Positions 42,301-52,143 of a stretch of 64,000 nucleotides of DNA are shown here, piece by piece. The position numbers and the translations under genes were made by a program. The notes under the pieces are model-generated. The model was given only the letters and a program-made list of their open reading frames with translations, did not search any database and was not told the origin of the DNA. Where the stretch lies: NCBI RefSeq assembly GCF_055900595.2, contig NZ_CM148325.1; one strand, written 5' to 3'. The first letter of the stretch is position 1, and each line of letters opens with the position of its first letter.

Positions 42301-42829
42301 TATAGTCTTTATCATTGCCCATCAGAGATTGCAGACCTTTTACCTGCGCGACTTCTGTCACGTTCAATGCTTCGCGACCGGGGTAGGTACTCATCCGGGA
42401 AGAGGCGAAAACGCCGGTCTTATGGGGGACGGCGCCGGGGGCATAACCGGCATGTTCCAGCGCATGCCAGACCGCCTGCAAAAACAGGCGCTGCTGCGGG
42501 TCCATCGACTCCGCTTCCTGTCGCGAATAGCCAAACAGGGTGGCGTCGAAGCAGTCGGCGTTGTCTAACACCGTACCGATATTGACATAATGAGGATCGT
42601 CAATGATGGCGGCATCCAGACCGACGGCCAGAAGCTCTTCGCGCGTAAAGCGTCGGCTGCATTCACGACCTTCCAGCAGATTTTGCCAGAACGTTTCGCC
42701 ATCCGGCGATTCAGGAAAATGGCAGGCGTAGCCGATAACCGCGACAGGTTCGCAGTCCGGGTAGTGTTGAGCGATCGATGCATCAATGGAATCTGCTGTC
42801 GGCGCAGAAGAGAAGCGCAAGTTATCCAT
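33338..42829 (-). CDS. irp1: HMWP1 mixed polyketide synthase / non-ribosomal peptide synthetase
   Basis: 3163-aa ORF with KS, AT, methyltransferase, KR, ACP, condensation/cyclisation, PCP and thioesterase domains. Confidence 0.95.
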   Translation of the reverse strand: MDNLRFSSAPTADSIDASIAQHYPDCEPVAVIGYACHFPESPDGETFWQNLLEGRECSRRFTREELLAVGLDAAIIDDPHYVNIGTVLDNADCFDATLFGYSRQEAESMDPQQRLFLQAVWHALEHAGYAPGAVPHKTGVFASSRMSTYPGREALNVTEVAQVKGLQSLMGNDKDYIATRAAYKLNLHGPALSVQTACSSSLVAVHLACESLRAGESDMAVAGGVALSFPQQAGYRYQPGMIFSPDGHCRPFDASAEGTWAGNGLGCVVLRRLKDALLSGDPIISVILSSAVNNDGNRKVGYTAPSVAGQQAVIEEALMLAAIDDRQVGYIETHGTGTPLGDAIEIEALRNVYAPRPQDRRCALGSVKSNMGHLDTAAGIAGLLKTVLAVSRGQIPPLLNFHTPNPALKLEESPFTVPVSAQAWQDEMRYAGVSSFGIGGTNCHMIVASLPDALNARLPNTDGGRKSTALLLSAASDSALRRLATDYAGALRKNADASDLAFTALHARRLDLPFRLAVPLNRETADALSTWASEKSGAQVYSGHGASGKQVWLFTGQGSHWRTMGQTMYQHSTAFADTLDRCFSACSEMLTPSLREAMFNPDSAQLDNMAWAQPAIVAFEIAMAAHWRAEGLKPDFAIGHSVGEFAAAVVCGHYTIEQVMPLVCRRGALMQQCASGAMVAVFADEDTLMPLARQFELDLAANNGTQHTVFSGPEARLAVFCATLSQHDINYRRLSVTGAAHSALLEPILDRFQDACAGLHAEPGQIPIISTLTADVIDESTLNQADYWRRHMRQPVRFIQSIQVAHQLGARVFLEMGPDAQLVACGQREYRDNAYWIASARRNKEASDVLNQALLQLYAAGVALPWADLLAGDGQRIAAPCYPFDTERYWKERVSPACEPADAALSAGLEVASRAATALDLPRLEALKQCATRLHAIYVDQLVQRCTGDAIENGVDAMTIMRRGRLLPRYQQLLQRLLNNCVVDGDYRCTDGRYVRARPIEHQQRESPLTELAGYCEGFQAIPDTIARAGDRLYEMMSGAEEPVAIIFPQSASDGVEVLYQEFSFGRYFNQIAAGVLRGIVQTRQPRQPLRILEVGGGTGGTTAWLLPELNGVPALEYHFTDISALFTRRAQQKFADYDFVKYSELDLEKEAQSQGFQAQSYDLIVAANVIHATRHIGRTLDNLRPLLKPGGRLLMREITQPMRLFDFVFGPLVLPLQDLDAREGELFLTTAQWQQQCRHAGFSKVAWLPQDGSPTAGMSEHIILATLPGQAVSAVTFTAPSEPVLGQALTDNGDYLADWSDCAGQPERFNARWQEAWRLLSQRHGDALPVEPPPVAAPEWLGKVRLSWQNEAFSRGQMRVEARHPAGEWLPLSPAAPLPAPQTHYQWRWTPLNVASIDHPLTFSFSAGTLARSDELAQYGIIHDPHASSRLMIVEESEDTLALAEKVIAALTASAAGLIVVTRRAWRVEENEALSASHHALWALLRVAANEQPERLLAAIDLAENTPWETLHQGLSAVSLSQRWLAARGDTLWLPSLSPNTGCAAELPANVFTGDSRWHLVTGAFGGLGRLAVNWLREKGARRIALLAPRVDESWLRDVEGGQTRVCRCDVGDAGQLATVLDDLAANGGIAGAIHAAGVLADAPLQELDDHQLAAVFAVKAQAASQLVQTLRNHDGRYLILYSSAAATLGAPGQSAHALACGYLDGLAQQFSTLDAPKTLSVAWGAWGESGRAATPEMLATLASRGMGALSDAEGCWHLEQAVMRGAPWRLAMRVFTDKMPPLQQALFNISATEKAATPVIPPADDNAFNGSLSDETAVMAWLKKRIAVQLRLSDPASLHPNQDLLQLGMDSLLFLELSSDIQHYLGVRINAERAWQDLSPHGLTQLICSKPEATPAASQPEVLRHDADERYAPFPLTPIQHAYWLGRTHLIGYGGVACHVLFEWDKRHDEFDLAILEKAWNQLIARHDMLRMVVDADGQQRILATTPEYHIPRDDLRALSPEEQRIALEKRRHELSYRVLPADQWPLFELVVSEIDDCHYRLHMNLDLLQFDVQSFKVMMDDLAQVWRGETLAPLAITFRDYVMAEQARRQTSAWHDAWDYWQEKLPQLPLAPELPVVETPPETPHFTTFKSTIGKTEWQAVKQRWQQQGVTPSAALLTLFAATLERWSRTTTFTLNLTFFNRQPIHPQINQLIGDFTSVTLVDFNFSAPVTLQEQMQQTQQRLWQNMAHSEMNGVEVIRELGRLRGSQRQPLMPVVFTSMLGMTLEGMTIDQAMSHLFGEPCYVFTQTPQVWLDHQVMESDGELMFSWYCMDNVLEPGAAEAMFNDYCAILQAVIAAPESLKTLASGIAGHIPRRRWPLNAQADYDLRDIEQATLEYPGIRQARAEITEQGALTLDIVMADDPSPSAAMPDEHELTQLALPLPEQAQLDELEATWRWLEARALQGIAATLNRHGLFTTPEIAHRFSAVVQALSAQASHQRLLRQWLQCLTEREWLIREGESWRCRIPLSEIPEPQEACPQSQWSQALAQYLETCIARHDALFSGQCSPLELLFNEQHRVTDALYRDNPASACLNRYTAQIAALCSAERILEVGAGTAATTAPVLKATRNTRQSYHFTDVSAQFLNDARARFHDESQVSYALFDINQPLDFTAHPEAGYDLIVAVNVLHDASHVVQTLRRLKLLLKAGGRLLIVEATERNSVFQLASVGFIEGLSGYRDFRRRDEKPMLTRSAWQEVLVQAGFANELAWPAQESSPLRQHLLVARSPGVNRPDKKAVSRYLQQRFGTGLPILQIRQREALFTPLHAPSDAPTEPAKPTPVAGGNSALEKQVAELWQSLLSRPVARHHDFFELGGDSLMATRMVAQLNRRGIARANLQDLFNHSTLSDFCAHLQAATSGEDNPIPLCQGDGEETLFVFHASDGDISAWLPLANALNRRVFGLQAKSPQHFATLDQMIDEYVGCIRRQQPHGPYVLAGWSYGAFLAAGAAQRLYAKGKQVRMVLIDPVCRQDFCCENRAALLRLLAEGQTPLALPEHFDHQTPDSQLADFISLAKTVGMVSQNLTLQAAETWLDNIEHLLRLLTEHTPGESVPVPCLMVYAAGRPARWTPAETEWQGWINNADDAVIEASHWQIMMEAPHVQACAQHITRWLCATSTQPENTL

Positions 42830-42863
42830 AATCGGTCCCGTTTCCTAAGATTCACAAAGTCAA

Positions 42864-42892
42864 TGGAACGCCATGCGTTCGCGATGGCGTTC
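42864..42892 (-). other. perfect 10-bp stem-loop in the irp2-irp1 intercistronic region
   Basis: ggaacgccat-gcgttcgcg-atggcgttcc; no U-run on the transcript side. Confidence 0.5.
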
Positions 42893-42916
42893 CGGGGAAA
42901 ATCAGTTTGCTTCGCG

Positions 42917-45900
42917 CTATATCCGCCGCTGACGACGGCGAACAGGGCGAGGTCGTTTTGTTTTCTCCACCGTGGCGACGCCGGCCAGATAATCGGCCAG
43001 GGCAGCAGGAGAAGGGTGGGTGAAGAGGTCAAGCAACGTCAGGGTGGAAAATTCGTGACGTTGTAACAAAACGTGCAGTTGCACCAGATTCAGCGACGTT
43101 GCGCCCGCCTCAAAGAAGTTTTCTGCGGGCGTGACAGACTCGCCAACCACCTCGCGGAAGGCGTCGCAAATCAGGCTGACGGTGCTCTCGTCCGCCGCAA
43201 TGTGTGGCTGAGAGTGCTCAGGGCATACGCGCGGTGAGCGCTCTGCGCATTGCCCTGCGTGTTTAACGGGAGGCACCAGCGCGGCGAGCGGCAGTTGCCA
43301 GCCGCTTTCATCCTCGGCCATTCGGTTTAGCAATGCGCAATACTGTTCAAACTGGCGCTCCACCTGCCCGGCAGGAAACAGCGCGGCGACAAAATCCCAG
43401 TTAAAGCGCAGTTCGCCTTCGGATTCATAAATCTGGTGATCGAGCCAGACCTGCGGCGTCTGGGAGATGCCCCAGACCGGTTTGAGCAGATTACGCCGGG
43501 CGAGGAAGTTATCCTGCTCAAAGCCCAGTGCGCTGGTAAAGACGACGGGCATCGGAACGGCAGGCACGTTTTGCCGTTGCGCCAGTTGACGCATCACGCG
43601 GATGGCTGACACATCGCGGTGGTTGAGGTTCTGGCTCAGCCGCTGCTGTAGTGACTGCGCGCTGTGCAGCCAGCTTTCGCCGGGATGCCAGCTCAGCAGC
43701 ATCAGCGAGGTGAAATCGCCCAGAATCTGGTTGATTTGCGGGTGCAGCGGTCGCCTGTCGAAAAGCGTAAGGTTAAGCGTGAACTCAGGCTGTGCACTCC
43801 ATGCAGAGAGAACCGTTGACCACACCGACAACAGTACGGCCGACGGGGTGAGATGGGCGTCAGCCGCCCGTTTTTTCAGCCGATGCCAGCGCGTGCTGTC
43901 CAGTGCGCCGTTCAGGCGGGCGAAGCGCGGTGTTTCAACCTCCTGAGGCAAGCAGCGCAGCGGCAACGCAGGCGCCGGAGGAATATCATCAAGCTGCGCC
44001 TGCCACCATGCCAGAGAATCTGGATTGGGCGACTGTAGCGAGGGTTGTTGCAGATAATCCCTGAAGGTGACGGGCAGCGGCGGAAGCAGCTGTTGCGGGT
44101 AGCGGTAGCCGTGCTCCAGCTCCGCCAGCAGGATCTGCATGCTCAGACCGTCAAGCAACAGGTTATCCAGACACAGCCACAGGCGGGCAGGCATCCCGTC
44201 CACGTATCCGACCTGGAGATCGAATACCGGCCACACTTCGGGGTTGAGTACCTGATGCGCCAGTTTTTCGCGCACCCGCAACGCCTCTTCAGGCGTATGG
44301 AGGGTGTGTGCGGGTATCACCCAAGGGGGCGTCTGTTCGAGCACCTGTTGCTGTCCATCACGCACGATGGCGCGCAGCATATCGTGGCGGGCGATTAATC
44401 GGTTCCAGACCGTCTCCAGCCGGGTGAGGTCCAGATCGGCAATTTCAAATTCAACAAAGAAATGTGAGCCGACGCCGCCCAGGGCAAAGCCCGGCTGACG
44501 CCCCACCAGGTAAGCCTGCTGCACGTCGGTAAGCGCAAAGGGCTGGTAGCGATCTTCAGGGGAGTGGACGAATGGTTGTTCGACCGGGACGTCGGTTTTC
44601 CGCAGCGTGGCGGCAAAATCCGCCAGCCGGGGATGATTAAACAGGTCGCTTAATTGCGCTTCATAACCTGCCTGATGAAGTTGCCCGGTCAGACGGGTCG
44701 CCAGCAGGCTATCGCCGCCTTGCTGGAAGAAGTCGGTTTCTCTGGTGACATTGCCAGTTGATAAGAGTTGCTGCCAGAGGGCGGCAACCTGTTTTTCAAT
44801 GTCGCCCTGGGGTAAATCCGCTTCGGCCGGGTTTTCCGCTTCAGGGGTATGACGACGCTTCAGCGCCTGGTAGTCAATTTTCCCGTTAGCCGTCAGCGGT
44901 AAGGCGTCGAGGAATACGATCCGTTGCGGCACCATCCACCCCGGCAGACGCCCGGCGAGGGCGGCCTGAAGTTGACGGGGATCGCGGCGCACCTGCCTGT
45001 CAGGACATTGTACGAGGAAGCGTTGTAACCCCGCGACCTCATCGCCATGCTGACAGTTGAAGCCGGCCGCGCTAAATAATGCCGCCCAGTCGGCGCTGTT
45101 ATGCAGCAAGGCCTCCGGCTGCCCATTGGTTAACAGGAGCGTGCTGAGTAGGGCGGACGGCGTTAACTGGCGAAACTCCATCACGTAGAGCAGCGCGCCG
45201 GGAACGGCAAGCTGTTGTAATGTCGCAAGGAGCCCGGGATCTTCCGGCAGCAGACGATGCAGGGCGTTATTAAGCCAGATAATGTCCGCCGAGTGAGCGT
45301 GCGTCGCCAGCGTGTCTGCATTCCAGAGGGACAGACGGGCGCCAGGCCAGGGGGCGAGCCTCTGCCGGGCGCTCAGCAGCATCTCCTGGCTCTGCTCAAG
45401 CCCGACATACTCAATCTGTCCGGCGTTGAGCTGTGCTAACAGCGATTCTGCGGCGCGGCCAGTGCGGGTTCCCACCTCAAGCAGGCGTACCGGGCGCTGT
45501 AAGCGCTGTGCAAGCTGTTGGCAAATTGTCGCCAGTTCCTGAATATACGGGGCGCTGGCCGGATGGTTAAAGGCCAGGCTTTCCGGCGACCACTGCGCGT
45601 CGTTCAGTAACGACAGTTCGTTACGGGCACCGCGAAGAATTTGCGATAACGTTAAATCATGTCCGCTGAAGTGCGGGTGCTCATCCTCGCGTTCTTCACC
45701 AGCGCAGACCTGATAACCTTCAGCAGCGGGCTTCAGTCGCCGTTGTGTCACCAGAAATGCTAACCAGCGTTCCACCACGGCCTGCCAGCGCGGCTGGATA
45801 GCGAGTGAGTTCATCAGGGGGAGAGGATCGGCGCCAGCGGTGTGACCCGGCTTCAGTTTTAGCAGGCGATGCTGAAGGAAATCGGCTACCTGTTCTGCGG

Positions 45901-48900
45901 AGATCTCTGGCGAGATGGCGCAACAGGGCAACGTTCCCGCAAGCGTGTGCCACGCCTGCGGCAGTGCCGGGTTCCGATGATCGGTAACGCAAAAAGCCTC
46001 GCCCTGAGGAACAACGTATGCCGCCAGCGTTTTTTCTTTTTCGCCGATCGCCAGAACGGTTGCTTGTTTCACCCCCGCCAGCTGGCTGAGCGCGCTTTCG
46101 ATTTCGCCCAGCTCGATGCGATATCCTCCGACTTTGACCTGCTTGTCACGACGACCGAGGAACTCGATTGTGCCATCTGGCCAGTAGCAGCCGAGATCGC
46201 CGGTGCGATACCAGCGCTCGTCCGGGAGCGTCAAAAATTGCTGCTCGCTACGCAGGGGATCGTTGAAATAGCCTTCCGCGACCCCAATGCCGCCAATCCA
46301 TAATTCACCCGGCACCCAGTCAGGGCAGTCCCGGCCCTGTTCATCCACCACCCGGTAGCGTTGGTTGGTTAGCGGAAAACCGTAAGGGATGGAGCGCCAG
46401 TGGGCGGGGACGTCGTGAATTTCGCAGGCGTTAGACCAGATAGACGCCTCGGTGGCGCCGCCCATAGCGATAAATTGTCCTTGTGGCCGGAAGGCCCGAT
46501 AACGGGCGGGGAGGTCAAGCCCGATCCAGTCGCCGGAAAGCATCACTGCGCGCAGGTTTTCCGGCGTGGCGTTGGCGAAACCTTCACACCAGGTCAGCAG
46601 CATATCGAACAGCGCCGGGACGCTGTTCCAGAGCGTGACCTGATGGCGCTGGATCAGCTCACACCATGCGTGAGGATCGCGCCGTTGATTTTCCATCACC
46701 ATCACCAGCGCGCCGCCCGCGCGCAGTACGCCAAAAATGTCGTAAACCGATAAATCAAAATGTAGGGCGGAGAGGGCCAGCACCCTGTCATGCGGGCCAA
46801 CCTGATAGCGGGTATTGATATCGCAACAGGTGTTAAGCGCTCCCCGGTGAGAAATGACTACCCCTTTCGGCGTACCGGTAGAGCCGGAGGTGTAGATAAT
46901 GTAGGCCGGTTGCGTGGGGGCGCGTACTACCGGGTTGGCGATCGGCTCCGCCTCAATGGCCTGCTGCCAGGCAAGGACGGGAATATCGTCTGACCCGGCG
47001 CTGGCGTCGTGCTGACAAATGAGCACCAGCCGGACGCTGGCGTCAGCGTAGATTTTCTCGCGCCGTGCGGCAGGCTGATCCAGCGAAACCGGAACGTAAA
47101 CCGCCCCGGCCAGCAGGACGGCCAGAACCGCAACAAGTTGTCCTGCGCCTTTCGACATCGTGATAGCCACATTATCGCCGGGCTGAACCCCGCACTCGAT
47201 TAACCTGCCCGCGCAACGGCGGGCATAGTCTGTCAGCTCATGATAATTCCACTGATAACGCATGTCCGTTACCGCCAGCGCCTGCGGCTGTTGCAGAGCG
47301 ATACGGAAAATGCCTTCATGCAGCAAGCCTTCGGGAATGGGGGCGCCGGTGGCGTTGACCCGTTCGCGTATCGCGCGCTGGCTGGCGGGCATCATATCTG
47401 CGAACGGCTTTTGCCAGGCGCTTTCGTCATCGCAGAGTTGGTTAATCAACTGGCAGTAGGCGTCGAACAATGTTTCGACTAACGCCGGAGGGAACAGCGC
47501 GTCGTTGCTGTCCCATTGTAGCCAGACCTCGCCGTGATGCTCGAACGCCAGATGATCTATCCAGACCTGCGGCGTTTGCGAGATGCCCCATTCCGGCTCG
47601 CCCAACGGCGATTCTGCGCGGCTGCTGTAGAGGGAACGCCCCAGATTGCTGGTAAATACCACCGGGGCGCCGTGGGGGTAGCGCTGCTGGCGTTTGAGTT
47701 CACGGAGTAATTCGACGCCGGACCAGTGGCGATGCTCCCAGTCCTCCGTAAACGTGAGCTGGTTTTTACGCGCCAGGTTGCTGACGGTATCGCCATCGCA
47801 GGCGGTATCCAGCAGAAGAATATTGGTGAAGTCGGCAAGCATCGCGCCAACCGCCGGGTGCAGCGGCTGGCGGTCGAATAAGGTGATGTTAAGCAGCAGA
47901 CGCGTCAGGCCGCCCCAGCGAGCCAGCACGGCAGAAAAACAGGTCGCCAGTGCCATTGTCGGCGTCACGCCATACTCGCCGGCCCGGTTGCTAAAGGCGT
48001 GCCAGCGTGTTGCCGGGACAATCATGCGGCGTCGGGTATTACGGACTTCACGTAGCGTGGCGGGTTCGCAGGCCAGCGGCAAGACGGGCGCGGGGGGAAG
48101 CGTCGATGCTTTCGCCAGCCAGTAAGCGCGCGCGTCGTCTCTCAGTGGTTGATTGATCTTCTGCTGGTGCAGCAAATACGAGCGGAAATCATAGCGGGTG
48201 TCGATAGCCGGCAGTGATTCTCCGGCCAGCAGGGCGTTAAGCTCATCGAAGAAAAGCGTAAAGCTGGAGGCATCCATAATCAGCAGGTCAATATTGACAT
48301 GGAGGCGGTGGCGATTGTCCGGCAAGAGCGTCAGCTGAAAATCAAACGTTTCGCCGATTTCCACGCGTAAAAGACGGTGGCTCAGGCGCTGGCGCAGTGC
48401 GTCCAGATAGGCCTGGCGGCTTTCAGCGTCGTTATGGCGTAAATCATGAACGGTGACGCCGTTCCAGTAAGGTTGCGGTAGCCAGACCTGCTGCCCGTCG
48501 GGGCGAAAGGCGATATGCAGCATTGGGTGGCGTTGCAGCAAGGTCGTGATGGCCTGCTCCAGCTGCGACGCCGTCAGACAATGGCCTTCAAACTCCTGAT
48601 ACAGGTGGCAACCCACGCCGCCAAGCGTCTGCCCCGGCATGCGGCCCGTCAGGTAGGCGTGCTGTACTGGCGTCAATGGGAAGGGCGTACTTTCGGTCAT
48701 GTTCGGCCAGGATGATTCGTCGGGCGGCGTTTCTTCTTCCGCGTTCTCCGGCGACCGGCTGAGCATTAACTGGTTCCATGCCGCCAGCGTGGGGGCGGCA
48801 TACAGCTCGCGAAGGGTAAGGCGGTAGCCATTTTTACGAAACCAGTGTAACCATCTCATCAATCTTATGGAATCCAGGCCGGCCTGGATCAGGTTGCTCT

Positions 48901-49024
48901 CTTCATGTAACTGCTGCGGCGTTAAATTCAGTTCCTGTATGAGCCGCTCGCGTAATTGTTGGTAATCAGCCGCGTGGCGGTTGTCCGGTAACAGCGAATC
49001 CTGAGATGGTGCGCCAGAAATCAT
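42917..49024 (-). CDS. irp2: HMWP2 non-ribosomal peptide synthetase
   Basis: 2035 aa from MISGAPSQ...; ArCP, cyclisation, adenylation (SGSTGTPKG) and PCP domains. Confidence 0.95.
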   Translation of the reverse strand: MISGAPSQDSLLPDNRHAADYQQLRERLIQELNLTPQQLHEESNLIQAGLDSIRLMRWLHWFRKNGYRLTLRELYAAPTLAAWNQLMLSRSPENAEEETPPDESSWPNMTESTPFPLTPVQHAYLTGRMPGQTLGGVGCHLYQEFEGHCLTASQLEQAITTLLQRHPMLHIAFRPDGQQVWLPQPYWNGVTVHDLRHNDAESRQAYLDALRQRLSHRLLRVEIGETFDFQLTLLPDNRHRLHVNIDLLIMDASSFTLFFDELNALLAGESLPAIDTRYDFRSYLLHQQKINQPLRDDARAYWLAKASTLPPAPVLPLACEPATLREVRNTRRRMIVPATRWHAFSNRAGEYGVTPTMALATCFSAVLARWGGLTRLLLNITLFDRQPLHPAVGAMLADFTNILLLDTACDGDTVSNLARKNQLTFTEDWEHRHWSGVELLRELKRQQRYPHGAPVVFTSNLGRSLYSSRAESPLGEPEWGISQTPQVWIDHLAFEHHGEVWLQWDSNDALFPPALVETLFDAYCQLINQLCDDESAWQKPFADMMPASQRAIRERVNATGAPIPEGLLHEGIFRIALQQPQALAVTDMRYQWNYHELTDYARRCAGRLIECGVQPGDNVAITMSKGAGQLVAVLAVLLAGAVYVPVSLDQPAARREKIYADASVRLVLICQHDASAGSDDIPVLAWQQAIEAEPIANPVVRAPTQPAYIIYTSGSTGTPKGVVISHRGALNTCCDINTRYQVGPHDRVLALSALHFDLSVYDIFGVLRAGGALVMVMENQRRDPHAWCELIQRHQVTLWNSVPALFDMLLTWCEGFANATPENLRAVMLSGDWIGLDLPARYRAFRPQGQFIAMGGATEASIWSNACEIHDVPAHWRSIPYGFPLTNQRYRVVDEQGRDCPDWVPGELWIGGIGVAEGYFNDPLRSEQQFLTLPDERWYRTGDLGCYWPDGTIEFLGRRDKQVKVGGYRIELGEIESALSQLAGVKQATVLAIGEKEKTLAAYVVPQGEAFCVTDHRNPALPQAWHTLAGTLPCCAISPEISAEQVADFLQHRLLKLKPGHTAGADPLPLMNSLAIQPRWQAVVERWLAFLVTQRRLKPAAEGYQVCAGEEREDEHPHFSGHDLTLSQILRGARNELSLLNDAQWSPESLAFNHPASAPYIQELATICQQLAQRLQRPVRLLEVGTRTGRAAESLLAQLNAGQIEYVGLEQSQEMLLSARQRLAPWPGARLSLWNADTLATHAHSADIIWLNNALHRLLPEDPGLLATLQQLAVPGALLYVMEFRQLTPSALLSTLLLTNGQPEALLHNSADWAALFSAAGFNCQHGDEVAGLQRFLVQCPDRQVRRDPRQLQAALAGRLPGWMVPQRIVFLDALPLTANGKIDYQALKRRHTPEAENPAEADLPQGDIEKQVAALWQQLLSTGNVTRETDFFQQGGDSLLATRLTGQLHQAGYEAQLSDLFNHPRLADFAATLRKTDVPVEQPFVHSPEDRYQPFALTDVQQAYLVGRQPGFALGGVGSHFFVEFEIADLDLTRLETVWNRLIARHDMLRAIVRDGQQQVLEQTPPWVIPAHTLHTPEEALRVREKLAHQVLNPEVWPVFDLQVGYVDGMPARLWLCLDNLLLDGLSMQILLAELEHGYRYPQQLLPPLPVTFRDYLQQPSLQSPNPDSLAWWQAQLDDIPPAPALPLRCLPQEVETPRFARLNGALDSTRWHRLKKRAADAHLTPSAVLLSVWSTVLSAWSAQPEFTLNLTLFDRRPLHPQINQILGDFTSLMLLSWHPGESWLHSAQSLQQRLSQNLNHRDVSAIRVMRQLAQRQNVPAVPMPVVFTSALGFEQDNFLARRNLLKPVWGISQTPQVWLDHQIYESEGELRFNWDFVAALFPAGQVERQFEQYCALLNRMAEDESGWQLPLAALVPPVKHAGQCAERSPRVCPEHSQPHIAADESTVSLICDAFREVVGESVTPAENFFEAGATSLNLVQLHVLLQRHEFSTLTLLDLFTHPSPAALADYLAGVATVEKTKRPRPVRRRQRRI

Positions 49025-49065
49025 TCTTCCTCCTGATGGCACGTCTTACCGAAAAGCATTACTCA

Positions 49066-49134
49066 TATGAGAATAATAATTATTAACAATTGGATGCTAC
49101 CCGAAACGGGTTTATTTATGCCCGTTTCGGGTTG
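49066..49134 (-). promoter_or_regulatory. irp2 promoter region: Fur-box-like element and YbtA-binding inverted repeat
   Basis: gagaataataattattaacaat and ctacccgaaacgggtttatttatgcccgtttcgggttgg. Confidence 0.6.
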
Positions 49135-49150
49135 GTAACAGGCGGAAAGA

Positions 49151-49183
49151 ACAGAGGCCCGGATGAGGTATCCGGGCCTCTGT
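49151..49183 (-). terminator. stem-loop downstream of ybtA
   Basis: acagaggcccggat-gagg-tatccgggcctctgt. Confidence 0.5.
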
Positions 49184-49214
49184 CAGGGAGGAGTTTAGGG
49201 GGGCGCGACCCCGG

Positions 49215-50174
49215 TTACATCCCGCGTTTAAAGGTCGAAGGAGTTACGCCAAACTGTTTCTGGAAGGCGGCAGAGAAATGGCTGGCGTTGGCATAGCCCA
49301 GATCGGCCGCCACCGTCATGACGGAGGTATTGCCGTTGGCCAGGCGTCTTCTGGCTTCCTGCATTCGTTCAGCCTGAAACAGGCCATAGACGCTGTTGTT
49401 GAACAGAACGCGGAAGCCTCGCTTAATTTTGAGAACGCTCAGACCGGACTCTCTGGCCAGCTCCGCGACGCCCGGCGCTTGCGTCAGATCAGCCAGCAGC
49501 AGATCCTTCGCCCGCAGCAGTTTCTGGCGTTCCATCGGGTTGAAGTGGCAGGAGAGGCAACTGGCGTCTTCGCGATGTTCATCCAGCACCAGGCTGAGCA
49601 TGACCAGACTTTGCCCCTGCAACCATAGCGTCGACGGCTTTTGTTCATGACTGAATCCGCCGTGCATGCGCATCAGCGCGTGACGCAAGGCCTGAGCCGT
49701 TAAGTGGGTTTCAGCATTACAACGCTGCTGCTGGCAACAGCAGTGGGAGTCGATCTTATTCTTAATGACCGCGCTAATATCCGGCACCCACAGCGCGAGG
49801 GTTTCAGGGCTGAAGGAGAGGGTAATGCTCTCGAATCGGCCACAATAGGAGGCGCTGCCGCGACAGTCTGGCGTATGGGTAATGTAATGGCGATTGCGCG
49901 CAAGCTCCCAGTCGGTGTGGCGCCGGAGTCCCTGAATCGCAAAGCGCGATGTGCCTTCCAGGATGCACGAGAAGTTAATCCTGCCCAGATCGTCGTGTAG
50001 CTGCAACGTCTCTGGCCGCGCAAAATGGCCCCTCCAGAGCAAAATATCCATACCTTCCTGCAACGAACAGCGCAGCAGTTCACACTGAGCAGGAATATTG
50101 CCATCGTTTGCAGGTTTCCCGACCACCAACTGGTGAATAGAGATTTCAGATTGCGTTTGCGGTGACTCCGTCAT
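49215..50174 (-). CDS. ybtA: AraC-family transcriptional activator of the yersiniabactin regulon
   Basis: 319-aa ORF with C-terminal AraC HTH; divergent from ybtP. Confidence 0.9.
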   Translation of the reverse strand: MTESPQTQSEISIHQLVVGKPANDGNIPAQCELLRCSLQEGMDILLWRGHFARPETLQLHDDLGRINFSCILEGTSRFAIQGLRRHTDWELARNRHYITHTPDCRGSASYCGRFESITLSFSPETLALWVPDISAVIKNKIDSHCCCQQQRCNAETHLTAQALRHALMRMHGGFSHEQKPSTLWLQGQSLVMLSLVLDEHREDASCLSCHFNPMERQKLLRAKDLLLADLTQAPGVAELARESGLSVLKIKRGFRVLFNNSVYGLFQAERMQEARRRLANGNTSVMTVAADLGYANASHFSAAFQKQFGVTPSTFKRGM

Positions 50175-50244
50175 GACCTGGTTATCTCCCTGTGGCTTAG
50201 ACCAATGCGGGTATAAATAGAACCGAATGGGGTAGATGAGTTAT

Positions 50245-50263
50245 TGATAATGGTTATTATTCA
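50245..50263. promoter_or_regulatory. Fur box in the ybtA-ybtP divergent promoter region
   Basis: tgataatggttattattca resembles the Fur consensus GATAATGATAATCATTATC. Confidence 0.55.
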
Positions 50264-50340
50264 CATTAATTCTCAGAACGCCACCCTGAATTGTCGTTTT
50301 TGGCGTCCGTAAAAATTCATCAGGAAATTCAGTTACTCCC

Positions 50341-52143
50341 ATGTCATCTCAATCATCCAATACTGAATCGCTGTCCCGATTTCCTCTCTGGCAGGTGATT
50401 ACACCGGTTCGCAGGAAGGTTATTTTAGCTATGGCGCTGGCGGGGCTGGCGGCATTAACCAGCCTGGGGGCGCTCCTTTTTCTGGCGTGGAGCCTGCGTG
50501 ACATTCGCGCGACGCCTGACGCTATTCCGGCCTGGCCGCTGGGCGGCGTGATCGGCTGCGTGGTCTTAACTTTTGTTCTGCGCTTACAGGCGTTCAACAC
50601 CTCTCATTACGCGGCTTTTCATCTGGAGAACATTCTGCGCAGCAGGTTAGCCCGTAAAGCATTGCAGCTTCCGCCTGGCGTGTTACAGCAAATGGGCAGC
50701 GGGTCAGTGGCGAAAGTGATGCTGGATGACGTGAAGTCGTTACATATTTTTGTGGCCGACAGCACGCCGCTCTATGCCCGCGCGATCATCATGCCGCTGG
50801 CGACAATCGTTATCTTGTTCTGGCTGGACTGGCGGCTGGCAATCGCGACGCTGGGGGTACTGGCGTTTGGATCGGTTGTTCTCGTGCTCGCCCGCCAGCG
50901 TTCGGAAAATATGGCTCAGCGTTATCATAAGGCGCGCGAGCAGGTTAGCGCGGCGGTTATTGAGTTCGTGCAGGCCATGCCCGTGGTGAGAACGTTTGAT
51001 AGCGGCAGCACCAGTTTTTTGCGCTATCAACGCGCCCTTGAAGAGTGGGTCGATGTGCTCAAAACCTGGTATCGCAAAGCCGGTTTTTCAGCGCGTTTTT
51101 CCTTCTCGATTCTGAATCCTCTCCCGACCCTGTTTGTCCTGATCTGGTCGGGATACGGCCTGTTGCACTATGGCAGTTTCGATTTTATCGCGTGGGTGGC
51201 CGTTTTACTGCTGGGCAGCGGAATGGCCGAAGCCGTAATGCCAATGATGATGCTCAATAACCTGGTCGCGCAAACGCGTTTAAGCATTCAGCGTATTTAT
51301 CAGGTTCTCGCGATGCCGGAGTTACCGCTGCCGCAGTCTGACCAGCAGCCGCAAGAGGCGAGCATTACCTTTGAGCAGGTGAGCTTTCATTATCCGCAAG
51401 CGCGTACTGGCGCCGCGTTGCAGGAGGTGAGCTTTCATGTGCCTGCCGGGCAAATTGTGGCGCTGGTCGGGCCAAGCGGCGCCGGAAAAAGCACCGTGGC
51501 GCGCTTGCTGCTGCGTTACGCCGACCCGGACAAAGGCCATATCCGTATTGGCGGCGTGGATCTGCGTGATATGCAGACGGACACCCTGATGAAGCAACTC
51601 TCGTTTGTGTTTCAGGACAACTTCCTTTTTGCCGACACGATAGCCAATAACATTCGTCTGGGCGCGCCGGATACGCCGCTGGAGGCGGTTATAGCGGCGG
51701 CCAGAGTGGCGCAGGCCCATGATTTTATTAGCGCTCTGCCAGAAGGTTACAACACTCGAGTCGGGGAACGTGGGGTATTTCTCTCCGGCGGCCAGCGGCA
51801 GCGCATTACTATCGCCCGGGCGCTTTTGCAGGATCGCCCCATCCTGGTGCTCGATGAGGCGACGGCGTTTGCTGACCCGGAAAACGAAGCGGCGCTTATC
51901 AAGGCGCTCGCGGCGGCCATGCGTGGCCGGACGGTCATCATGGTCGCGCATCGTCTCTCAATGGTGACTCAGGCCGATGTGATATTGCTGTTTTCCGACG
52001 GACAACTCAGGGAAATGGGGAACCATACGCAACTGTTGGCGCAGGGCGGCCTGTATCAACGGCTCTGGCAACACTATCAGCAGGCGCAGCATTGGGTGCC
52101 GGGTGGAACACAGGAAGAGGTGGTGGAAAATGAAAGACAATAA
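50341..52143 (+). CDS. ybtP: ABC transporter, fused permease-ATPase (yersiniabactin import)
   Basis: 600-aa ORF with TM domain plus Walker A GPSGAGKST and LSGGQRQR signature. Confidence 0.9.
   Translation: MSSQSSNTESLSRFPLWQVITPVRRKVILAMALAGLAALTSLGALLFLAWSLRDIRATPDAIPAWPLGGVIGCVVLTFVLRLQAFNTSHYAAFHLENILRSRLARKALQLPPGVLQQMGSGSVAKVMLDDVKSLHIFVADSTPLYARAIIMPLATIVILFWLDWRLAIATLGVLAFGSVVLVLARQRSENMAQRYHKAREQVSAAVIEFVQAMPVVRTFDSGSTSFLRYQRALEEWVDVLKTWYRKAGFSARFSFSILNPLPTLFVLIWSGYGLLHYGSFDFIAWVAVLLLGSGMAEAVMPMMMLNNLVAQTRLSIQRIYQVLAMPELPLPQSDQQPQEASITFEQVSFHYPQARTGAALQEVSFHVPAGQIVALVGPSGAGKSTVARLLLRYADPDKGHIRIGGVDLRDMQTDTLMKQLSFVFQDNFLFADTIANNIRLGAPDTPLEAVIAAARVAQAHDFISALPEGYNTRVGERGVFLSGGQRQRITIARALLQDRPILVLDEATAFADPENEAALIKALAAAMRGRTVIMVAHRLSMVTQADVILLFSDGQLREMGNHTQLLAQGGLYQRLWQHYQQAQHWVPGGTQEEVVENERQ

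Noticed and set aside
33389..49000. Many 60-270-aa ORFs on the + strand inside irp1 and irp2 (for example 36500-37315, 34805-35338, 43602-43946)
   Set aside because: They lie antisense to, and entirely within, long GC-rich NRPS/PKS genes whose frames are continuous and recognisable; high GC suppresses stop codons on the opposite strand. No RBS or independent support.
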